NCBI GenBank assembly: GCA_020639315.1
Contig: JACKGM010000002.1
Location: 30,321 to 94,320 of the forward strand
Source: Candidatus Nomurabacteria bacterium
Lineage (GTDB): Bacteria > Patescibacteriota > Saccharimonadia > JAGOAT01
Direction: 5' to 3'
Length of the DNA stretch: 64,000 nt
This document shows positions 36,551 to 46,205 of the stretch, in pieces. Under the pieces are notes generated by a model that saw only the letters and a list, made by a program, of their open reading frames with translations, did no database searches and had not been told where the DNA came from. The position numbers were made by a program, and so were the translations under genes. Position 1 is the stretch's first letter; each line of letters opens with the position of its first letter.

Positions 36551-37133
36551 GTACAGTCTCTTTTGTCTGTAGTTTAATATTAGCTAATTTGGAGGGAGTG
36601 CGAAAGTCCTATAGTGTTAGGGCAGAGAGTTTAAGTTTAATACGTCTTTTACTACTTGAACTAGTCAAACTCCTATTTCATTCAGGCTCAAAGCTTTTAC
36701 AAAACTCATCAGCTAGGTAAAATAGTACTATTAGATCCATATACGTGTCTCCTTTGTTTTTAATTTATATATGACTGAGATAATAGCAGGACTTACCTCC
36801 TGTTATCTAGGTGAATTCAGAGGAGACTCCTATATCGAGCTGGGGGTTAAGTATAGCTCTTTTTTTGGATAGATTTTAAAAGACTATGCTTTTAGCATTA
36901 TTAGCTACCTGATCTTTTTATCCCTAGTGTTTCGCTGTCATTACAGCTCATCAGAACAACTTAAGCTTGGTATTTTCAATAAAACCTAAACTAATTTGTT
37001 GACACTCTCGCTCCTCACTGCTTGTGGCGGTGAGGAGCTAATCTTTCATCCATTGTGGAGGATTACTCGATCAGAAACAATCATAGAAAGTTTAGAGAGT
37101 GCCGATCTTTTCCTTCCGGCTTGTTCGATATAC

Positions 37134-38597
37134 TTACAGGGCTAGGTTTTCCGTCTCTGGCATGTCAGCTTCGGACAGTGTTGTTGACTGTGATTCCTCT
37201 CCGAACAAGCCGGAAAAATCCACACCAACAGCTTTGAGCATCATCAGACCGCGAGCCAGCTGTGTGGGCAGCTGGTCCATGAATCCACCGAGACCATTTG
37301 CGCCACCACCGTCAAGGACGGTGATATTGTCAATACCCGCGAGGGGCTCGCCAACTGCACGCATGATGTCGGCCAAGCGCTCAATGAGCATGGGTGTTGC
37401 TTGTGCGCGAAGCGCGGCAGCATCCATCGCTTTGAGAGCTTCAGCAAGCTTGGCTTGACCTTCGGCTTCGGCAAGGAGTCTGGCCTGTGCTCCAGCCGCT
37501 TCGGCCTCCAGCTCGCGCTGGCGGGCATCAGCAGTCGTAGCTCGAGCAGCTGCTTCCGCATCGCCTCTGAGTCTTATCCCTTCAGCCTCTGCTTCCGATC
37601 GAGCAATAGCTGCGGCTTTGTCGCCCGTAGCTTTTTCGATAGCAGCTTCCTTGGCAGCTTGCGCCGGGATGATCACGTCGGCCTGTTGGGCCTCGTGTGC
37701 ACGAAGTGCACGTTGACGTTCCACCTCAACACGAGCTTCTTCTTCAGCCTGGTCAGCAGCCGCGTTTGCAACTACGACAGCCTTCCTGGCCTCAGCATCA
37801 GCACGTGGGCCAGACTGAGCAGCGGTAGCGCGTTCTGCATCGACAGTCGCCTGGATTCGAGCGAGCTCGAGATCTCGGTCTTGCTCTGCTTGAGCGATAG
37901 CCACGTCAGCCAACGCTTGAGCTGTGTCTCCTTCACGTTTGGCCTCTGCTGCAGCGATCTTCGCATCACGCTGAGCGTTGGCCTCACCGATTTCGGCATC
38001 TCGACGAACCTCAGCGATTCGTCGTCGACCGAGAGATTCCAGGTAACCGTTTGGATCGGAAATGTTCTGGATTGTCAAGACATCCAGCTCCATCCCAATC
38101 CTCTGGAAATCCGTACCGGCCTCTTCGAGGACGCGGCGACGGAAATCCTCACGGTTGTTATTTAATTCCTCGACGGTCATCTGCGAAACAATGCCTCGCA
38201 TATTGCCCGCAAGTATCTCTTGCACCTGGTTGTGAAGCTCCCGTCGGTCAGATGTCAGGAAACGTTCTACCGCCGTAGCGATAGCCTCGTCCGTTGAGCC
38301 AAATTTAATCAGTCCAACCCCATCGACATTGACTGGAACACCGTCCGTGGAAATGATGTTCGACACCGCGACCTGGACGTTGAACGGCTCCAGCTCCATG
38401 ACGTCGACTCGCTCAATGAGGGGGAACTTGAAACGTGCCCCACCTCGAACGATTTTCTGCTTTCCTCTTCCGGTGAAAACTGCCACCTGGTTAGGTGGCA
38501 CCTTAACGTAGTTTCTGGCGTAGATCATCGCGATTAACGCCAGAATGGCGAATCCGCCGATGACAAGCATCAGTGGTATGGTCAGAAAATCGGGCAT
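37134..38597 (-). CDS. flotillin-like SPFH/band-7 domain protein
   Basis: N-terminal TM, SPFH domain, long Ala/Glu-rich coiled coil, GGAG SD; ~60% G+C. Confidence 0.85.
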   Translation of the reverse strand: MPDFLTIPLMLVIGGFAILALIAMIYARNYVKVPPNQVAVFTGRGKQKIVRGGARFKFPLIERVDVMELEPFNVQVAVSNIISTDGVPVNVDGVGLIKFGSTDEAIATAVERFLTSDRRELHNQVQEILAGNMRGIVSQMTVEELNNNREDFRRRVLEEAGTDFQRIGMELDVLTIQNISDPNGYLESLGRRRIAEVRRDAEIGEANAQRDAKIAAAEAKREGDTAQALADVAIAQAEQDRDLELARIQATVDAERATAAQSGPRADAEARKAVVVANAAADQAEEEARVEVERQRALRAHEAQQADVIIPAQAAKEAAIEKATGDKAAAIARSEAEAEGIRLRGDAEAAARATTADARQRELEAEAAGAQARLLAEAEGQAKLAEALKAMDAAALRAQATPMLIERLADIMRAVGEPLAGIDNITVLDGGGANGLGGFMDQLPTQLARGLMMLKAVGVDFSGLFGEESQSTTLSEADMPETENLAL

Positions 38598-38634
38598 CTC
38601 CCGACTCCTTTCTTATGGGTTGAGATTCTCATTG

Positions 38635-39180
38635 TTATAATGGATTGGGGGCAACTACAAAGCAGCCATCACAAAAGTCAATGATGATTACCGACGAGCC
38701 CAAGGGCATCTTGGGACCCCCTTGACTAACGGCGGTAACATCTACGGTAGCGTTATTATCATCCCGTAACCTGACAATTCCCCAGTCGCCTGAGCCTATG
38801 GACATGATCACGAGGCCTGTCTTGCCAATGTATGACTGCTTCGACAATTGGGAGTTGGACTGCTGCCTAAACAGCGGCCGCAGAACCAAAAAGACGCTTG
38901 CTATCAACATGACGAAAAAGGCGACGATCGCAAGAGCAAAGGTCAGAATTGCCGGTATGTCTGCCCTTTCGGACAAATAGCCGACAAGACCCAAACCTAT
39001 GGCTCCCGCAGCGATCGCTTTGAGACTAAAGAACGAGGGTTCTCCTGCCTCGAAGTCGAAATCCAGGTCAGCATCGAGGCCCTCCAGGAATTCGAAGATC
39101 CCACCCAGAAAGAGAGATCCGATCAAATACACAGCCCCAACTGCTGCTATCAGCAGGTATAGGTTTCCATGATCTAACAT
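38635..39180 (-). CDS. NfeD-family membrane protein
   Basis: TM helices plus C-terminal OB-like domain (GKTGLVIMSI...GSSVIIID); AAAGGAAG SD before ATG 39180; upstream of the flotillin gene as in yuaF-floT. Confidence 0.75.
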   Translation of the reverse strand: MLDHGNLYLLIAAVGAVYLIGSLFLGGIFEFLEGLDADLDFDFEAGEPSFFSLKAIAAGAIGLGLVGYLSERADIPAILTFALAIVAFFVMLIASVFLVLRPLFRQQSNSQLSKQSYIGKTGLVIMSIGSGDWGIVRLRDDNNATVDVTAVSQGGPKMPLGSSVIIIDFCDGCFVVAPNPL

Positions 39181-39597
39181 AGGCTTCCTTTCTCTCTGTT
39201 TCACTCGCTGTTTGCGAAGTGTCGAGACGGAATGCCTCGAAATCAATAAATTCTGACATTGTCTCTAAGCTTAAGTTCTGACTTATAACTTGGGTTTAGT
39301 GAATTTACTAATTTCGAAACACTCGTTCGATAAAAACAAAAAAGTGGGAAGGGATTAGTTGCACTTCTATCTAAAACTTTCTATAGATTGTTAAGGTGCT
39401 AGTTTAAGAACAGTTTTGCTAAATAACTAAAAGTTTTAACTTTTAGTTATTGCTCCACGCTCAACAAGCCAGTGACATCATGGCATATTAGGACAGATAA
39501 GTCAACCTTTTTACGTGTAACTATAGGATATATCCTACTTGCCCTAAATCAATCTAGGCTTTGTGACTAATTAGGCTTTAGGCTTAAACCAACCCTA

Positions 39598-40230
39598 CTA
39601 TACAATTGCATTAGGTCTATGTGTCTCCAGGTAGGTAATAAGATGTCGTCTAAAGTCTTTAGATACTACTTCCCAATCTGCAATCGTAAAGTCCTCAGGT
39701 GCTTTACCGAACTTCTTGGCTAATTCAGCACCGCCGTTGTCGGTCTCCCAATCACCAAAGTATGTTCTCCAATGCAACACTTCTACCGTTGGCTTGCCAT
39801 CTTTGTGGCGAATAGCTCCGCCGCCGATCCCCGTTCCCCATATAACATAAGCAAACTCGTCCTCAGAATGCCCATAGTAAGCTTCGCCAAGTTCAGCAGA
39901 CATAACATCGTTGTCATAAAATACGGGACAGCCACCTAATCCCTCTGAAAGAGAGGCAACAAGTGGCTTGCCAGCCCAACTTGCTAGGTTCTTCGCCGAT
40001 TTAATCTCTGTCTTGTCATCGTTAGGGGAGCCTGGAGTACCAATGCCTACAGCTTCTATCTGTTCACCGTCTGCAATTTTAAGAGCAGACTCAACCATAA
40101 AAGCTAAGTCGTTATCAAAGTCGTGAGTATTCTTTCGACGTAGTGGTTCACCAATAAACACTGGGTTTTCTATGCTAGAAGCACCAGCTATACGAGTGTT
40201 AGTACCACCTGCGTCGATAGATATATACAT
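39598..40230 (-). CDS. ROK/ASKHA-type sugar kinase-like protein (short, no zinc motif)
   Basis: DAGGTNTR, GIGTPG, DNDVMSAELGE, WGTGIGGG motifs; 210 aa. Confidence 0.6.
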   Translation of the reverse strand: MYISIDAGGTNTRIAGASSIENPVFIGEPLRRKNTHDFDNDLAFMVESALKIADGEQIEAVGIGTPGSPNDDKTEIKSAKNLASWAGKPLVASLSEGLGGCPVFYDNDVMSAELGEAYYGHSEDEFAYVIWGTGIGGGAIRHKDGKPTVEVLHWRTYFGDWETDNGGAELAKKFGKAPEDFTIADWEVVSKDFRRHLITYLETHRPNAIV

Positions 40231-40420
40231 AAGGTATATTATAGCACTTTATGGAGTACTATTCAAGATGCTAGTGCTATCTCTATACGTCGCACATTAT
40301 ATGTTGCACGATCTACCCTAACAGGGGTAGAGCTGCATATTTATCGAAAATGGGTCATGTCAAGTGCTTGTATTCTTTTCGCCCACCCCTGTTAGAAACA
40401 GTTATTATACAATAATTGAT

Positions 40421-41290
40421 TTAGTCTATTGGTTGTGACAAATTATTGTCTAGAAACTTGTAAGCATACTCTCGCATTTCAGGGCTGAACACATGTTGAC
40501 CAGGATAAACCTTTAGCTCCACGTTCTGTTGACCCTTGGCTTTGATTGCTTCATAAAGCCCATCGTAGCCCCGACTCCACTTGTCTTCAATCGTAGCTGA
40601 GATAAGCAGAGGGCAATCATCAAAATGCTCAATAACATCTTCTAAATCGAATTTTTCCATGAAGCCAGGAATACAGAACTCCATTTGTATGCCCGTGTCT
40701 GGTGTTAGTGAGTGCCTATAATCTATGCAGCCACAATTAGAAACTGATGCTCTAATTCGGTTATCAAATGCAGGAACCCAAAGAGCCATACGTCCACCAT
40801 AAGAGTGACCAATAAACCCAATCTTGGTTGAGTCTACATTAGGCTGAGCTTGAAGGAAATCTAACCCGACAGATACATCATGTAATACTTTTGCCATTAA
40901 GGTGTTACCTTGTACTAACCTCGTTGCTAACGCAAACCATTCGCCCCCACCTTGTCGTTCTTCAAATGCAATAGCGTCTGGTGCAAATGTAATATAACCA
41001 CGCTCCGCAAGTTCTTTTGCGTAGGCTTGGTCTGGGTTACCAGCTAGTCCAACAACTTCATTTTTGCCAAGCTCAAACTCACCATGATGCTGATGATGAC
41101 AAAAGATTGCCGGCACATTCCCTGATAAGTTTTTCGGGATACAAATGTAGGCATTTATTCGTTCATTGGCTTCAACCATGTACGAAACCTTGCGTCTAGT
41201 GAAGCTACCACAATCGACTTCTTCTAGAACTTGAGAGTCTAAATCAACTTTTTCGGGAAATGTTCCAAGTAGCTTTTGTATTTCGTCCAT
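40421..41290 (-). CDS. alpha/beta hydrolase (dienelactone hydrolase/acetyl esterase-like)
   Basis: GHSYGG nucleophile elbow, 289 aa. Confidence 0.6.
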   Translation of the reverse strand: MDEIQKLLGTFPEKVDLDSQVLEEVDCGSFTRRKVSYMVEANERINAYICIPKNLSGNVPAIFCHHQHHGEFELGKNEVVGLAGNPDQAYAKELAERGYITFAPDAIAFEERQGGGEWFALATRLVQGNTLMAKVLHDVSVGLDFLQAQPNVDSTKIGFIGHSYGGRMALWVPAFDNRIRASVSNCGCIDYRHSLTPDTGIQMEFCIPGFMEKFDLEDVIEHFDDCPLLISATIEDKWSRGYDGLYEAIKAKGQQNVELKVYPGQHVFSPEMREYAYKFLDNNLSQPID

Positions 41291-41342
41291 AGCGATATTA
41301 TACCTCAGTAGCTCTTGCTTTAGACTAGTGATTTTACTATAT

Positions 41343-41360
41343 TAACCCTGTTGCCATATA
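41343..41360 (+). mobile_element. MITE-A terminal fragment (18 bp)
   Basis: taaccctgttgccatata, then unrelated sequence. Confidence 0.5.
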
Positions 41361-41484
41361 GCCCAGAAAAGAGTGTCCACCTCTTGGCTTATCCAGTTTT
41401 TCTTAGGTTGCTTGTAGCTGTTGGTTAATCCTAGTTCGTTCTGTATGCTCTAAGTAAAAGTTCCATAAACCTGCACTGATTAGT

Positions 41485-41698
41485 GACCCCTCCGGAACTC
41501 ACTAACCCACTTCCTTGTATTCTCTAATGCAGGATTGATACTGTGATCCTCAAAAACCTGGAGGGTTTACGAAGTTTCGCATTGTCATCCTCCGAAAATC
41601 CAAAGGATTTTACGGGGGAACCAGTATTTTGCATTGCCTGGGGTTAACTCAAATACTGGATCTCCGGTATCACCCTACGGGTAATCCGAAGATGACAG
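41485..41698 (+). repeat. 214-bp direct repeat, left copy (unique 60 bp + degenerate module + REP doublet)
   Basis: Same length as 44670..44883, with about 7 substitutions by eye. Confidence 0.85.
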
Positions 41699-41714
41699 AA
41701 GAAAAACAGATACC

Positions 41715-41881
41715 TATAGCCCTCGCAAAACAAAACCTGTTTGTTTTGGGTGATAGATTATTGATCTAGAATTGTCGCTATTGTGACAAATCATATCCGT
41801 AGATATGGTTAGGAGCAATAGTGACAGTTATAGACCATATGATACAGTCAAAAGTACAGGTTTTGTTTTTCGGGGGCTATA
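41715..41881. mobile_element. MITE-B1 copy (167 bp, intact)
   Basis: tatagccctcgcaaaacaaaacctg...caggttttgtttttcgggggctata. Confidence 0.8.
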
Positions 41882-41952
41882 TAAAGTCCTGTGGGATCTT
41901 TGAGTTTGCTATATGACAGGGTTAGGGTGGTAAATTTGGGTTGGCAACGATA

Positions 41953-42258
41953 CTACTCTTGTGAGTTGTTGGGTGAGTTGCAGACCCCGTTTTCATTATA
42001 CCCAGGGCATGGGTCAGTCAAGCCTGCTAATTGCCTATAGGATCTAGTAATTATGCCGTTAATTTCCTCAGTAAGTTGATGACGTGTAACTTCTAAGTCA
42101 CGCACTGCTTGAGTAGGTGGCAAACCATAAACCGGAGAACTCATCCTTGTAACATTATCTCTAGTCCCCTCTTGAAGAGTAATTATACGAGCAAGTTCTT
42201 GTACTCTATTACATTTGCGACATTTAGCTGGTATTTCTGATAGGGAGTTTGATTCCAT
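41953..42258 (-). CDS. hypothetical Cys-containing protein
   Basis: 101 aa, CRKC...CPGYNENGVC; diverges from the IS left end. Confidence 0.4.
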   Translation of the reverse strand: MESNSLSEIPAKCRKCNRVQELARIITLQEGTRDNVTRMSSPVYGLPPTQAVRDLEVTRHQLTEEINGIITRSYRQLAGLTDPCPGYNENGVCNSPNNSQE

Positions 42259-42300
42259 ACCAAAACACTACATTAAAAATTTAAAAAAGTCAATATTTAC

Positions 42301-43712
42301 TCTTTTCCAATGCAGAATGAGCCTAAACAAGGTTCACCTGTTGGCAAGGTAGACATACTCTAGGTAAGTCAATTATCCTGTCAAAAGAAAAATGTGTGTC
42401 AACATAGGAGTATGAATTTCACCATGAAGACACACAATATTACTATTAACGATATTAAAGACTTTGTAAATAGACAGAGCCCATTGTTAATACCAGCTGA
42501 CAATAATACCAAGGCTAGCAACTATGAGTTTGTAGAGGATGTTTTAGTGAGTATTTGCTACCTTAAACTATCTAGATCTGATAAGGGAGTAGTTAAACAG
42601 TTTTTAGCTACTAATACTGGCTACAAAAGAGCTCAGGTTACTAGATTGATTAATCAATACATTAAGTCCGGTACTGTTAAGCTAGCACCGCGTAAACTAG
42701 GCCAGAATTTCAAACAGGTTTACACCAACTCAGATATTAGGCTATTAGCTAGATTTGATCAATTAAATGAATTTATGAGTGGACCCGCTACAGTCATGAT
42801 GCTTCATGATGAGTATTACCTACATAGACAAGAAGCATACCAAAAACTAGCCAACATCAGCTCCTCCCATATCTATAACCTACGTAATACAAATACCTAT
42901 TCTACCAGGATACAACGCTATCAAAAGACTAAACCTAGAACTGTCAGTATCGGCACTAGAGCCAAACCAGAACCAAATAATCAACCTGGCTTCATAAGAG
43001 TAGACAGTGTGCATCAAGGGGACAGGGATAAAGCCAAGGGGGTTTACTATGTCAATCTGGTAGATGAAGTTACTCAGTGGGAAGTAATAATGTGTCTTGA
43101 TAGTATCTCTGAAAGATCAATGATCCCAACCTTAAAGTTAGCTATCAATGAGTTTCCTTTTGAGGTTAAAGGATTCCATAGTGATAACGGTAGTGAGTAT
43201 ATTAACTACCAAGTAGCTAAGCTGTTGATTGAGCTCAATATCAATCTAACCAAAAGTAGACCTAGGCATAGTGGTGACAATGGGCTTGGTGAGAGTAAAA
43301 ATGGCTCCGTGATCAGAAAAACTTTTGGCTATACTCATATACCAATAACTGCTCATAATGTATCTAGGATTAATCTTTTTCTCTCAGAATACCTAAACCC
43401 CTATCTCAACTACTACCGAGCATCAGCCTACAGAAAAACAGAGGTACTTAGTAATGGCAAGATAATACATAGCTACCCCCATAAGGACTACCAGACACCT
43501 TACCAGAAGCTTAAATCAATAGACCCTAGGGGAGAATACCTAAAACCAAATACTAGCTTTGCAAAAATGGATCAAGTCCTCTATGCTAAAAGTACTACTC
43601 AATACCTAGAAGAGATGCAAGAAGCAAAAACTAGGATGTGGGATAGTCTTGAACCTTACAAACATTAATCGTTGACAGACATTCTTTAGGCTCATTTTGG
43701 TATTGGAAAAGA
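42301..43712 (+). mobile_element. IS element (1412 bp) with ~30-bp imperfect terminal inverted repeats
   Basis: Left end tcttttccaatgcagaatgagcctaaacaa; right end reverse complement tcttttccaataccaaaatgagcctaaagaa. Confidence 0.8.
42412..43668 (+). CDS. DDE (rve/integrase-core) transposase
   Basis: DSVHQGD...FHSDNGSEYIN...GESKNG catalytic-triad context. The start is uncertain (GTG 42394, ATG 42412 or ATG 42424). Confidence 0.8.
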   Translation: MNFTMKTHNITINDIKDFVNRQSPLLIPADNNTKASNYEFVEDVLVSICYLKLSRSDKGVVKQFLATNTGYKRAQVTRLINQYIKSGTVKLAPRKLGQNFKQVYTNSDIRLLARFDQLNEFMSGPATVMMLHDEYYLHRQEAYQKLANISSSHIYNLRNTNTYSTRIQRYQKTKPRTVSIGTRAKPEPNNQPGFIRVDSVHQGDRDKAKGVYYVNLVDEVTQWEVIMCLDSISERSMIPTLKLAINEFPFEVKGFHSDNGSEYINYQVAKLLIELNINLTKSRPRHSGDNGLGESKNGSVIRKTFGYTHIPITAHNVSRINLFLSEYLNPYLNYYRASAYRKTEVLSNGKIIHSYPHKDYQTPYQKLKSIDPRGEYLKPNTSFAKMDQVLYAKSTTQYLEEMQEAKTRMWDSLEPYKH

Positions 43713-43917
43713 CTTATTTAGCTACCATACTGATTCTGGTGCACCTGATGACAGGTGTATTAAACCTTTGGAGAGTATATCTGATTGGCTGCTAAGCAGT
43801 CCAGATATAGACTAGGTTTTACAGCTCAGGAACGCTTCGTTATCTAGCTTTGTACCACAATACCAGCTCTGATAAAAGCGTGATATTACACTCGTTAGGA
43901 GGCGTTTGAGCTTACGC

Positions 43918-44586
43918 TTAATTATTGGTCTGTTTTTCAGCATTATAACTGATTAACCTAGCAATGGAAGGCTCAACATTTGTAGCACCATGAAGCGTAA
44001 CTGCTGGGTGATGAGGAAACATCGCCACATCACCAGGTCTAAGCATAGCTTCTGACCGAGGAATACGTGGAATACGTCCAGCGATTATTTCACTCTGTAA
44101 TTGTCCATTGAATTCATAAAACTCACTGTAGGCGGAGGCATCAAATGTTCCGTCCTCATTTCTAAAATCATATGGCAAACGCTCTGCCATAAACTTTCTC
44201 AATCCTTTAACACAAAGGCTCAGTTGTACCCCAGCTTCGATCCTTCTGTCTCTGTAAACTAGTTCATCAACATGTGGGGGTATGCCTGGCTTTCTTAACT
44301 GGTCTAACATAAAGCCATCTATAATATTCATGCCTCGATAGCCTTTTTTTACCCAACTAGTCTTAACTAAACCCTCAACAATATGAAGCTGCGGAAGTTC
44401 GTTTCCTAGTCTCTCTGTATTTATCTGGTCGTTTTGTCGGCTTCCATCATCTAGCTCCTCAAGAAGTGTGCTAGAGTGGTCAATGACATTACTAATTGCT
44501 GCCATGTCAAATTCCTCAGTAGTCAGCAGTGCTTCTGCCGCTTCTACGAGTCCGTTTGGTCCACTGGCTTCGAATACTCTTGACAT
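43918..44586 (-). CDS. hypothetical protein, possible 2OG-Fe(II) oxygenase fold
   Basis: PPHVDE (HxD), a later TLHG His, and an Arg. TGCTATAAT lies 9 nt upstream of ATG 44586. The track start at 44640 runs into the solo IS end. Confidence 0.4.
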   Translation of the reverse strand: MSRVFEASGPNGLVEAAEALLTTEEFDMAAISNVIDHSSTLLEELDDGSRQNDQINTERLGNELPQLHIVEGLVKTSWVKKGYRGMNIIDGFMLDQLRKPGIPPHVDELVYRDRRIEAGVQLSLCVKGLRKFMAERLPYDFRNEDGTFDASAYSEFYEFNGQLQSEIIAGRIPRIPRSEAMLRPGDVAMFPHHPAVTLHGATNVEPSIARLISYNAEKQTNN

Positions 44587-44630
44587 AATATGTAGATTAT
44601 AGCATAGAACTGTTAAATGTCTAGGGTTAC

Positions 44631-44669
44631 TCTTTTCCAACCTAGAATGAGCCTAAACAATGTTTACTT
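44631..44669 (+). mobile_element. solo left end of the rve-type IS (truncated second copy)
   Basis: tcttttccaacctagaatgagcctaaacaatgtttactt matches 42301..42340; homology stops where the right 214-bp repeat starts. Confidence 0.7.
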
Positions 44670-44883
44670 GACCCCTCCGGAACTCACTAACCCACTTCCT
44701 TGTATTCTCTAATGCAGGATCGATACTGTGATCCTCAAAAACCTGGAGGGTTTACGAAGTTTCGCATTGTTATCCTTCTAAAATCCAAAGGATTTTACGG
44801 AGGAACCAGTATTTTGCATTGCCTGGGGTTAACTCAAATACTGGATCTCCGGTATTACCCTACGGGTAATCCGAAGATGACAG
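44670..44883 (+). repeat. 214-bp direct repeat, right copy
   Basis: See 41485..41698. Coordinates were checked against the frame of spurious ORF 44700..44903. Confidence 0.85.
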
Positions 44884-44903
44884 GAGGAGGGACGGGACTT
44901 TAA

Positions 44904-45066
44904 TAACCCTGTTGCCATATAAACTTGCGAGGTCAAAGCTGATGATTTTTATTCCAGAATAGCAAAACACGACAAAGCATAACAGGAGTTACGCTGCGAA
45001 GTGTTTTGCTAGTCTGGGGCAAAAATGGCAGTTTTGAAGCCGTGAGGTTATATGGCAACAGGGTTA
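44904..45066 (+). mobile_element. MITE-A copy 5 (163 bp)
   Basis: Same family and orientation as copy 1. Confidence 0.85.
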
Positions 45067-45135
45067 ATTAGGATATAACAAAAGAAGGTGAAAAAATTAT
45101 AAGACAATAGAGTTAATATAATCAAAATATCAAGA

Positions 45136-45223
45136 TGGTGCGGATGAAAGGACTTGAACCTTCACGCCAGAGACTGGCACTAGCTCCTAAGGCTAGCGTG
45201 TCTACCAATTCCACCACATCCGC
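45136..45223 (-). tRNA. tRNA-Leu (anticodon UAG), long variable arm, CCA encoded
   Basis: Hand fold: GCGGATG acceptor, anticodon arm CTAGC-CTTAGGA-GCTAG, T arm GAAGG-TTCAAGT-CCTTT. Confidence 0.9.
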
Positions 45224-45346
45224 ATCTTGTAAAAAAATGTATTTTATGCTATAATCGCAATAAGTTATACTTTTTCCTGTACCTAGTAACTCAATTTATG
45301 TATAATCAAATCACTACCTAATCAATATTACAGAGTAGAAGATATT

Positions 45347-46201
45347 ATGTCTAGAGCAAAAGTCAATCTATCACCCAAATATGATGCAATCAGTGGTCAA
45401 GTTTATGAGCATTCGATTAGCTTTGGTGCTGGCAAGAAGCAGCACAAACGCAAAAAACTTTGGAGTGGTTTCAAGAAAACTCTGATCTACAGTATGGTCA
45501 GTATTGTCGGAGTAGCAGGCTTTTTTATTGCTTTTAATTGGCCGTTAATCAGCAGCCAGATTAGTTATGCTCTCGCTTCAGATGGCAATACAGAGCAACC
45601 CCTTAGTCATCAAGAACAAGTAGAAGTCTTAGAACAGGCAGCTGATGCTCCAGCTGGTGAGATTATTAATATCCCCAAGATTGCTATCCAAGCCCCAGTA
45701 GTCTATCAGCCAAGTGTAGTCGAAGCTGATGTCCAATCTAGTCTTCAGACTGGTGTAGTCCATTTCGGTGGCACAGCCAAACCAGGAGACCCTGGCAATG
45801 TGGTGATTGTCGGGCATTCTTCCAATGACCCTTGGGCAGCTGGTGAATACAATTACATTTTTGCTTTGCTTGAAAAGCTGGAGATTGGAGACAATATTGA
45901 AATCAATCATAATTCTAAGAAATATGTTTATCAGGTCAGTGAAGAAAAAATTGTTGAGCCGACTGATATTAGTGTAATTCAGCCGACAGCTGACCCAACT
46001 TTGACCCTGATTACTTGCTGGCCACTTGGTACTAATTGGCAAAGATTAATTATTCATGCCAAACAAGTCTCTCCGGATCCTGTACCCCAACAAATTATTG
46101 TAGAGACCCCATCAGTAGAGCAAAAGGTGTCATTGCCAGGTACCGACAATAACCTTAGCTCCAAATTCATCCAGTGGGTTATAAAGGCATTGCCGATCTA
46201 G
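45347..46201 (+). CDS. sortase (membrane-anchored cysteine transpeptidase)
   Basis: VIVGHSS His and LTLITC Cys motifs, N-terminal TM. Confidence 0.8.
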   Translation: MSRAKVNLSPKYDAISGQVYEHSISFGAGKKQHKRKKLWSGFKKTLIYSMVSIVGVAGFFIAFNWPLISSQISYALASDGNTEQPLSHQEQVEVLEQAADAPAGEIINIPKIAIQAPVVYQPSVVEADVQSSLQTGVVHFGGTAKPGDPGNVVIVGHSSNDPWAAGEYNYIFALLEKLEIGDNIEINHNSKKYVYQVSEEKIVEPTDISVIQPTADPTLTLITCWPLGTNWQRLIIHAKQVSPDPVPQQIIVETPSVEQKVSLPGTDNNLSSKFIQWVIKALPI

Positions 46202-46205
46202 ATCA

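Noticed and set aside
37010-37038. Hairpin gctcctcac-N11-gtgaggagc as the flotillin terminator
   Set aside because: The stem is good, but it lies about 95 nt from the stop and has no U-tract on the minus strand. It is kept only as a possible marker of the left edge of the foreign segment.
37099-38511. Long plus-strand ORFs antisense to the flotillin and nfeD genes (37099..37458, 37401..38165, 38051..38278, 38329..38511, 38848..39162)
   Set aside because: They are typical shadow ORFs of a high-G+C gene. They have Ser/Arg/Cys-rich low-complexity translations and no SD. The minus-strand proteins have clear family similarity.
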